Positions 17,046 through 23,738 of a stretch of 38,928 nucleotides of DNA are shown here, piece by piece. The position numbers were made by a program, and so were the translations under genes. The notes below the pieces were generated by a model. The model saw only the letters and a list, made by a program, of their open reading frames with translations. It made no database searches and was not told where the DNA came from. Source of the DNA: a virus (Duplodnaviria; Caudoviricetes); the IMG/VR virus record IMGVR_UViG_3300030097_000525, positions 1-38,928 of that record; one strand, written 5' to 3'. How positions within the stretch are numbered: the first letter of the stretch is position 1; each line of letters starts with the position of its first letter.

Positions 17046-17309
17046 ATGATTTCAGAAACAGAGTGGTCAGAAATAGATAGAAAAATGAAGGAAGGTTCTG
17101 GTGAAGAACCTAGTCAAAAACATTCTCTAAAAGGAGAAACTTTGAGTCCAAAAGAGACAGGAGAGAAGATTAAAGAGCACGAACAAATCCTGATAGAAAT
17201 GAGGAAGGAAATAAGTGCTCTCGGCTTCACTTTAGCACAGCATCAAAGTTATTTTGAGTTGCTCCAAAAGTTATCTGAGCAGCAGAAAATAGAAGTCGTT
17301 AAAAACTAA
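17046..17309 (+). CDS. Hypothetical coiled-coil protein
   Basis: AAGGA RBS; C-terminal heptad pattern. Confidence 0.65.
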   Translation: MISETEWSEIDRKMKEGSGEEPSQKHSLKGETLSPKETGEKIKEHEQILIEMRKEISALGFTLAQHQSYFELLQKLSEQQKIEVVKN

Positions 17310-17421
17310 AACTAAAGTGCTTGAATACCTAATCTGGAAGTATTCTATTCACATAGCATTAACGTGGACAATTATATACTTTTGGGATAAACCCTTCGTG
17401 TATTAATTCACCTTAACAAAG

Positions 17422-17596
17422 CAAACGAGTTCACAAGGATAGGTGACGTTTGACTAACAGGTTGACGTTAGACCTAGAGGCTAAGACAGGCGCAAGGGTT
17501 TCTCATACTAAAACTACCTTGCTTTCTGACCTGTTAAAACGATAACGAATATCTGTCTACCAATCCAGGATAGATATTCTGAAGTTGTCTCTAGGT
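17422..17596 (+). ncRNA. Candidate pseudoknotted structured RNA
   Basis: Five helices in an ORF-free gap, two of them crossing; G-U pairs favour the + strand (see findings). Confidence 0.6.
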
Positions 17597-17628
17597 ATAG
17601 CACACTTTAACAACTAATAGAAAGGAAG

Positions 17629-17877
17629 GTGAAGATGTTGGCAGTAAAGAAGAAGAAACGAGGTAGACCCTTTAGTCTGTTTAAGCATTCAAGTAGGGGT
17701 AGACCTAAAGAGAGTATTCAAAGAGCGTTTCTGTTCTATTTAAAATACTCAAAGGCAAGGCACGTTCTCAAAGTTTGTCAAGGACGTGATTTAACTATAA
17801 CTCAATACTTCGATGATCTGGTTACAAAGGATCTCGGATCAAAATCTAATAGGAAGGAAGAATCCAATGGCAGGTAG
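17629..17877 (+). CDS. Small DNA-binding protein (two AT-hook-like RGRP motifs plus a ribbon-helix-helix-like C-terminus)
   Basis: KKRGRP and RGRPK, then a strand-helix-helix pattern; strong RBS. Confidence 0.55.
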   Translation: MKMLAVKKKKRGRPFSLFKHSSRGRPKESIQRAFLFYLKYSKARHVLKVCQGRDLTITQYFDDLVTKDLGSKSNRKEESNGR

Positions 17878-18076
17878 AACTATTTGTAACATGTTTAATA
17901 ATCCCCCGGACGAGTCAAAAGGAAGAGACGAATACTTCTCTGGACAGTGGCCTTTCGGAGGAAAGGTAATGCTTTGGCCTCGCAGCGTTAAGGACGATCA
18001 GGGTAACTGGGTTGCACCACCTGAAAATCAACCTCAGTGGCAACTCAAGTGGTATCCCGATAGCGAAGGTCTATAG
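17867..18076 (+). CDS. Hypothetical protein (start likely MAGRT)
   Basis: AAGGA RBS upstream of the ATG at 17867. Confidence 0.6.
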   Translation: MAGRTICNMFNNPPDESKGRDEYFSGQWPFGGKVMLWPRSVKDDQGNWVAPPENQPQWQLKWYPDSEGL

Positions 18077-18107
18077 TTCAATTTAAACTCACGGATGAGG
18101 GTTTCAT

Positions 18108-18872
18108 ATGCTCAAGGAAGAGCAACCAAAACAACTAGACAGTTTTATAAAGTTGTTCCGCAAAGCTAAAAGAAATCCCCTGTTTAAAAAGCCTTTGACA
18201 TTTCATTATTTCACCTACTGTTTGCTATCAGCCTGGTGGAGTGACGAACCTACCAAATTCAATCTTGGTGGGGTTGAGATCCTTATTCGGAAGGGTGAGT
18301 TTGCAACAACACTGAAAAGGTCTGCTTATGAAACTGGCCTTAGTATTCAGAATGTTAGGACTGCAATTAAGGCTTTAAAGCTAACAAACGTTCTAACAGA
18401 GGATCTAACAAGGTCACTAACAAACGGTGGAAGGGTCTTAAGGGTCTGTAAATACTCAGTTTATCAAGCTAAAAAAAGTGAAGGTAACAGACCTACTAAC
18501 AGACCCTCTAACAGACCCTCTAACAAACAAATAAAGAAGGTTAAAAAAGAAAGTATTAATAAGCCCCCTTATATTCCCCCACAGGGGAATTTCAAGGATA
18601 GTCACAGATCTAAGATTAGAAATGTGGGTCTATTCAGGCAACTAGTTAAGGGTTATCTCAACATAGAAACGAATGACAAATCACTCAACAAAAGGATCAA
18701 TGAAAAATATAAGCTCAACAGAACTGCTGAAGAAGCAAAAGAAGAGCTCCTCCGAGAAGGACGTGACGAAGGACGTTCAGAACTGGGCAGCAGTGAGGTC
18801 AAAGACTGTCAGGTTATTCAGAATGCAGACAACAGGAATACCCAACGGCAAGGGAGGGTTCAGAACAAATAG
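18108..18872 (+). CDS. Replication initiator (phage replisome-organiser type, winged helix)
   Basis: SFIKLFR and I.KGEF.T...L...TGLS.QNVRTAIK.L motifs; internal iterons. Confidence 0.8.
   Translation: MLKEEQPKQLDSFIKLFRKAKRNPLFKKPLTFHYFTYCLLSAWWSDEPTKFNLGGVEILIRKGEFATTLKRSAYETGLSIQNVRTAIKALKLTNVLTEDLTRSLTNGGRVLRVCKYSVYQAKKSEGNRPTNRPSNRPSNKQIKKVKKESINKPPYIPPQGNFKDSHRSKIRNVGLFRQLVKGYLNIETNDKSLNKRINEKYKLNRTAEEAKEELLREGRDEGRSELGSSEVKDCQVIQNADNRNTQRQGRVQNK
18381..18527. repeat. Iteron arrays, putative replication origin
   Basis: (C/G)TAACA at 18381, 18393, 18405, 18417 and at 18484, 18496, 18508, 18520; exact 12-bp period. Confidence 0.8.
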
Positions 18873-19266
18873 CGAAAAAGGTGCACCTGACTTTCTTGGA
18901 GTCTATCTACTCGCAAAGATCCCGGTGCTGTTTGCATTTGAAATCAAATCACCTCAAGGAAAACAAAGTGGTACGCAAAAGGCTTGGCAGGACAGAGCAG
19001 AAGAATTCGGAGTCAGTTACTTCATTATCAAGTGCTGGCAAGATGCAGAAAGTGCGATACAGAGGCTCCACAAGAAGCATCGCAGGAAAATACACTGGGG
19101 ATTCCTTGGACCTAAGTTCCCTGAACACGTCACCCTTGACAAAAAACTTTGGGGAAACTTTAAAGATTCCACCGGGGAAACTAAAAAAACAACTAGAGGA
19201 AGTTCTGTCCCTGACCCTAAGAACAAGAAGCAGTCTGACAAAGTTCGAGACAACCCGGGAGGCTGA
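18700..19266 (+). CDS. VRR-NUC family nuclease / Holliday junction resolvase-like
   Basis: G.PD..FEIKS..GKQS..QK.W motif; ATG at 18700 follows AAGGA (the track start is 18673). Confidence 0.8.
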   Translation: MKNISSTELLKKQKKSSSEKDVTKDVQNWAAVRSKTVRLFRMQTTGIPNGKGGFRTNSEKGAPDFLGVYLLAKIPVLFAFEIKSPQGKQSGTQKAWQDRAEEFGVSYFIIKCWQDAESAIQRLHKKHRRKIHWGFLGPKFPEHVTLDKKLWGNFKDSTGETKKTTRGSSVPDPKNKKQSDKVRDNPGG

Positions 19267-19558
19267 AGAGTTTGAAGCTGAGATCGAAAAATATCTGCCA
19301 AAAGATATTGGAGTATTTATTATCAGAGAGACTGAAGTAAACTGTTATCAGATAACTTATCGGAAGAAAGAAGATAAACTAACAGATGCTATCACATACA
19401 GGGGGGTCAGAAATCACCTTCATGCTCGATTTAAAGATCCAAAAATAGAGAAAGAGATAAAACGTGCCTTCCAAAGATCCTACTTTGCCAAAAAGAACAA
19501 AGCAGATAAGCTCAAAAAAGGGACTGAGAAAACAGAGAACCGCAGATCTAAAAACTGA
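18881..19558 (+). CDS. Hypothetical protein; true start probably near 19106-19140
   Basis: The C-terminal half looks protein-like; the N-terminal part shadows the VRR-NUC gene. Confidence 0.45.
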   Translation: MHLTFLESIYSQRSRCCLHLKSNHLKENKVVRKRLGRTEQKNSESVTSLSSAGKMQKVRYRGSTRSIAGKYTGDSLDLSSLNTSPLTKNFGETLKIPPGKLKKQLEEVLSLTLRTRSSLTKFETTREAEEFEAEIEKYLPKDIGVFIIRETEVNCYQITYRKKEDKLTDAITYRGVRNHLHARFKDPKIEKEIKRAFQRSYFAKKNKADKLKKGTEKTENRRSKN

Positions 19559-20003
19559 TCCCGACTTTTGGAAGCAGGTGTGGATGATGTTTGAGAACGG
19601 TGCAAATGCTCTGACTATTGCTCAAGCCTATGACCTTCCCAAAATGGCAATTTACAGGTGGGTTAAAGAAGATCCTGAGAAGGAAAGGAAGGTTGAAGAA
19701 TATCGTCATATGAGAGCAGACGGTAGTGCTGATTCGGTTGCACAAAAGTGCGACAGGTTAGAGGAAGTGTTCGAGCAGCAGATATCTGAGGGTAAACCAA
19801 ATCCTGCACTTGGTAACCTGATATTCCAAATGAGAACCTGGGATGCCAAGACAGGTAATCCTGATCGCTATGGTGAGAAGAGAAAGCTAGAAGTGACTCA
19901 AGAAACAAGAGTTCAGCACGTTCAGCAGCTTCGAGATCTGAACAAAAGAAAGATTCGAGATATTACTCCAAAGAAGAAACAACTAAAAAATAACGAAGAA
20001 TAA
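19464..20003 (+). CDS. terS: Terminase small subunit (Sf6-like)
   Basis: N-terminal HTH (IA..YDLP...IYRW), then RTW.A...PDRYGEK..LEV. Confidence 0.75.
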   Translation: MPSKDPTLPKRTKQISSKKGLRKQRTADLKTDPDFWKQVWMMFENGANALTIAQAYDLPKMAIYRWVKEDPEKERKVEEYRHMRADGSADSVAQKCDRLEEVFEQQISEGKPNPALGNLIFQMRTWDAKTGNPDRYGEKRKLEVTQETRVQHVQQLRDLNKRKIRDITPKKKQLKNNEE

Positions 20004-20049
20004 TAGTGTATAGTTCCTCGCTACTTTACAAACCTAAACGAGGAGGTCT

Positions 20050-20400
20050 ATGAATACTGATTCAAGATTAATAAAGATCCTGCTGCTGACACTGATAGGT
20101 ATGTTGACGTTAGCTTCAGGTGTAATTAACTCAAGAGCAGCAGACAAAGAAGAGTCCAAGCTTAAGTTTCCTACTCAGAATATCAGGGAAATGTGGTGGT
20201 CCTGTTCAACTGAGTTTAGAAAGCTCATGCCTACCTTGACTGAACAAACTAGGATCTATCTGTGTGACTGCTACACTGATCATATGAGGAAAACTTACAC
20301 AACTGAACAAGTCAAAGCACTTACACAAGAACAGGCAAGGACACTCGGTTTAAGGATGAGAGAGAGATGTCCAATTCCAAGGCCTGAGATTAGGACATAA
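20050..20400 (+). CDS. Exported or membrane-anchored cysteine-containing protein
   Basis: Signal/TM segment and a C..CxC..C pattern; AGGAGG RBS. Confidence 0.7.
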   Translation: MNTDSRLIKILLLTLIGMLTLASGVINSRAADKEESKLKFPTQNIREMWWSCSTEFRKLMPTLTEQTRIYLCDCYTDHMRKTYTTEQVKALTQEQARTLGLRMRERCPIPRPEIRT

Positions 20401-20717
20401 TCTGCTCCCACATGCGTCCCTGCTAGCCTCACGCACGGGGCATTTTCAGGAGAAGGTGTGCAGCTTTTAGGGTGTATAGTTATCAAGCATTATATAACCA
20501 CCCTAGTAAGGGCAAGGGTTCAGAGGTGTGGAGAGCAGCATGTAACGGGTGCTGTAAGGGGTTAGGGTCCGAAAAACAGGGATATAATCTATATGTACGA
20601 TAATACTCAAAATCGAACATATGAAGATATCTGACCTGCTTTTTGAGACCCCCCCCGGGCTACCCCCTTAAATAAAAAAAGGTGCAACCTAGATACATAT
20701 CAAACCTTTAAAAGTTT

Positions 20718-20816
20718 ATGCCTACGTTTGCAGCTATCATTATTTTTTCTTATTTTGCTGCCCTTATTCTTTTAGTGGTTGCAGGATTATTCTTAATTTT
20801 AAAATCTGAGTTATAA
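20718..20816 (+). CDS. Single-TM micropeptide (not in track)
   Basis: MPTFAAIIIFSYFAALILLVVAGLFLILKSEL; no clear RBS. Confidence 0.35.
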   Translation: MPTFAAIIIFSYFAALILLVVAGLFLILKSEL

Positions 20817-20829
20817 CGAAGACCTACTA

Positions 20830-21024
20830 GTGAGAAAACCTTATCTAACAACGATTGAATCTTTGGACCTGCTGCGTGATTCTGATATTACGTTGACCTA
20901 TGAGGCACTGAAGAAACATATTCAAAGGGGGAACTTATCAACAAGGCAGTTCAGGAAAGGAGGGACGCATTTAATCACCCGAGGAGCACTAACTGAGTTT
21001 ATAAAACATTATGAAACAAGGTAA
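20830..21024 (+). CDS. Excisionase-like (MerR / HTH_17) DNA-binding protein
   Basis: 64 aa; YLT..E.., I.RG.L and GG..LI...L.EFI winged-helix pattern. Confidence 0.65.
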   Translation: MRKPYLTTIESLDLLRDSDITLTYEALKKHIQRGNLSTRQFRKGGTHLITRGALTEFIKHYETR

Positions 21025-21466
21025 TAACGAGGACTTCACCAAGGAGTTACAGGGGGAGTTGCAGGAGATAGTGAGAGGTATAAAGCTTACTGAGGAAGCA
21101 GAAAAGGTTTTAAGGTTACTTCTAAAGTATGTTGATCGGATAGGGAGATATCCTAAGAACTTTGAACCTGATCACGTTGAGTTAATTCAGGATCTGATAG
21201 TTCTTTTGAACCACAGAAAGGTTCAGCGTAAGAGGCTTAAAAAGTTAGAATATATTCACAACAGGAACCTTCTGATTCCAGAAGCAGAAGCAACAGCATA
21301 TATCAAGTTGCGTGAGGAAGCATATCCTGATTCTACTGAAGAATATAATAACAAATTTAATCTGTACTTCCACACTGCAATGAGCAAGTTAGCATTTGAG
21401 AAGTTTGGATCAACCGATTCTGTCACTATAGGGAGAACCAGTGGGACTTCAAACAAAAGCAGATAA
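21011..21466 (+). CDS. Hypothetical helical protein
   Basis: Operon-packed ORF. Confidence 0.65.
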   Translation: MKQGNNEDFTKELQGELQEIVRGIKLTEEAEKVLRLLLKYVDRIGRYPKNFEPDHVELIQDLIVLLNHRKVQRKRLKKLEYIHNRNLLIPEAEATAYIKLREEAYPDSTEEYNNKFNLYFHTAMSKLAFEKFGSTDSVTIGRTSGTSNKSR

Positions 21467-21899
21467 GTTAAACGAGAAGAGAGCAAAGGCAAAGTTAGAG
21501 AAGATTTGGGGAATTGACCTTTACGAGAATCCACCCTTTTATCAAGCAGATTGGCAGGCAATGCGTGACGAAAAGCACCTTGCTTTAGTCGAGTATAAAA
21601 TGTCTTTCAAGAGCTTAGAGGAAATTAGCGAAGAGTTTCCCGGTTTCAGGATCGGGACCAACAAGCTGCAGTTTGCATTTCCTATCGTGCAACTCTGTAA
21701 CCAAGATTTTTATATTGTGATTGAGTTTCCAGAAGGAGAAATGCTGCAGCACAAAATAAAACCTAACGCAAACGTATACCAAATGACTAGGTTTTTCAAA
21801 AGCAGGAACGGAGGAAAGGACAGGATGCCTGCTTATCTTATACCCTGGCATTTATTTGAGGAGGTAAAACCAAATGAATTCAATAGCACTAACATATGA
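21441..21899 (+). CDS. PD-(D/E)XK-like nuclease (tentative)
   Basis: ADW..LVEYK motif and C-terminal YLIP..F. Confidence 0.5.
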   Translation: MGLQTKADKLNEKRAKAKLEKIWGIDLYENPPFYQADWQAMRDEKHLALVEYKMSFKSLEEISEEFPGFRIGTNKLQFAFPIVQLCNQDFYIVIEFPEGEMLQHKIKPNANVYQMTRFFKSRNGGKDRMPAYLIPWHLFEEVKPNEFNSTNI

Positions 21900-22113
21900 G
21901 GAACTTGACGCATTAGATGACGTTTTAGATATCTATGCAAATCTTCACTCAAACAGTGTCCTGATAGATTGGTACTTTCGAGGGGTCAACTATGTTGACG
22001 TTTTGAAGCTGCACCAGAAGATAATCAGGAAAGTTGAAAAGGTGTATTCAAGAGATCATATAAAAGTTAACCTGCGTGAAGGGAGGCGAAGGTTAGAAAA
22101 GAGACCCACTTAA
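21874..22113 (+). CDS. Hypothetical protein
   Basis: GGAGG RBS. Confidence 0.65.
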   Translation: MNSIALTYEELDALDDVLDIYANLHSNSVLIDWYFRGVNYVDVLKLHQKIIRKVEKVYSRDHIKVNLREGRRRLEKRPT

Positions 22114-22114
22114 G

Positions 22115-22285
22115 GTGTGGTATCTTGTTCTGCCTGACCTACTAATTTACTTCACTATCTTCTTTGGTGGAGTCCTGACAGGTATACTCTTAGTAATTAT
22201 CCTGATGCTTATTTATTGCAGCAGCGGAGGGACTATAAAGATACAATACACAGAAGAAGACGAGATTAAACAAGAGGACTATTGA
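22115..22285 (+). CDS. Small membrane protein (not in track)
   Basis: 56 aa with a long hydrophobic stretch and an acidic tail; TTGA overlap with the terL start. Confidence 0.6.
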   Translation: MWYLVLPDLLIYFTIFFGGVLTGILLVIILMLIYCSSGGTIKIQYTEEDEIKQEDY

Positions 22286-23685
22286 AGAACGAAGTATCTA
22301 AGTTCATTGATTTATATAAAGACGATCCTATTTCCTTCATAGAGAACTGCCTTGGTGCAGAGTTAGATCCTTGGCAGAGGGATTTTTTCGAGGTAATTCC
22401 ACACACTCGGAAGGTCAGCATTGCAGCAGGACACGGAGTAGGAAAAAGTACTGCACTCTGCTTCCTGTGTCTTCACACGCTGCTTTTTGAATTTCCTTGC
22501 AAAGGAGTTATCACTGCTCCTTCTTCAGCACAGTTATATTCTGCCCTTTGGGCAGACCTGAAAATGTGGATCGAGCACCTGCCTGAAGTCCTCAAAGATT
22601 CAATTGAATATACACAAGATATTATTCGGTTAAAAGAAGCACCAAACGAATCTTTTATTCGTGCTGCAGTTGCCAGGATAGATCAACCTGACGCACTTCA
22701 GGGTGTTCATGCACAGTCAGGAATCGTGCTCCTAATTGTAGACGAAGCAGCAGCCGTTCATGAGCGCAATTTTGAAAGTGCATATGGTAGTCTTTCTCAA
22801 GAAAATGCCAAGATGATCCTAATTGGAAATCCAACAAGGAATTCCGGATACTTCTACGAGACATTTCACCGGGTAAAAGACGAGTGGACAAACTTTCAGG
22901 TATCCTGCCTTGATTCACCAAGAGTTTCACAAAGTTACATTAACGAAATGCGGAACCTCTACGGAGAAGATTCTGCAATGTTTAAGGTTCGCGTCTTAGG
23001 AGAGTTTGCAGACGAGGAAGAAGCAGGTTTTATTTCACCTTCAATTATCAGATCCGCAATTGGTCGTGATATAGAAGCTTCACCTTCTGCACCTATTATC
23101 TGGGGTCTTGATGTTGCAAGAATGGGAAGAGATAAGTCTGCCCTATGCAAGAGGCAAGGTGGAGTAATTCTTGAGAAGGTTAAAACCTGGAAGAAGCTTG
23201 ACCTAATGAGTTTGGCAGGCGAGATCATGAACGAATTTGAGAACACACAACCTGAGAAGCAGTGCCAAGAATTATTAATTGACAGCATCGGGATCGGAGC
23301 CGGAATATTTGATCGAATCGCTGAAATTGGTATTATACCCTGTAGGGGTATCAACGTTTCTGAGAGTTCTGCTTTAGTGAATGAGTGTGGAAACCTGAGA
23401 GCAGAACTTTGGTACAAGGCAAGGGAGTTTTTCGAGAAGAAAACCTGCAAGATTCCAGACGATCCCGAATTAGTAAAAGAACTTTCTGCGCCTCGATACA
23501 AGTTTGACTCTCGAGGGAGATACCTTATCGAATCAAAAGACGAGATGCGAAAGAGAGGAGAAAGATCCCCGGATCTCGCAGATGCTTTTTGCTTAACTTT
23601 CGCCACAAATCCAGCAATTATAAGTGGAGGAGAGAGAGTATCCTGGAACCAACCTTTAGTTCGAGATATTCAAGGAATTCAGTAA
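22282..23685 (+). CDS. terL: Terminase large subunit
   Basis: Walker A GHGVGKS, Walker B IVDEA, GNP coupling motif, nuclease GLDVAR and SPD.ADA. Confidence 0.95.
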   Translation: MKNEVSKFIDLYKDDPISFIENCLGAELDPWQRDFFEVIPHTRKVSIAAGHGVGKSTALCFLCLHTLLFEFPCKGVITAPSSAQLYSALWADLKMWIEHLPEVLKDSIEYTQDIIRLKEAPNESFIRAAVARIDQPDALQGVHAQSGIVLLIVDEAAAVHERNFESAYGSLSQENAKMILIGNPTRNSGYFYETFHRVKDEWTNFQVSCLDSPRVSQSYINEMRNLYGEDSAMFKVRVLGEFADEEEAGFISPSIIRSAIGRDIEASPSAPIIWGLDVARMGRDKSALCKRQGGVILEKVKTWKKLDLMSLAGEIMNEFENTQPEKQCQELLIDSIGIGAGIFDRIAEIGIIPCRGINVSESSALVNECGNLRAELWYKAREFFEKKTCKIPDDPELVKELSAPRYKFDSRGRYLIESKDEMRKRGERSPDLADAFCLTFATNPAIISGGERVSWNQPLVRDIQGIQ

Positions 23686-23738
23686 AAAAAATTACAATTA
23701 AGAGTCTGTTAGCATAGTGTTATTTATCTCGAGACTCT

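Noticed and set aside
17455-17596. Calling the RNA a canonical HDV/theta ribozyme or tRNA
   Set aside because: Helix and loop sizes break HDV constraints, P1.1 is not evident, and there is no tRNA cloverleaf or T-loop.
22959-23606. 215-aa antisense ORF, and similar minus-strand ORFs such as 34300-34746 and 29907-30278
   Set aside because: These are shadows of well-supported plus-strand genes with no recognisable motifs.
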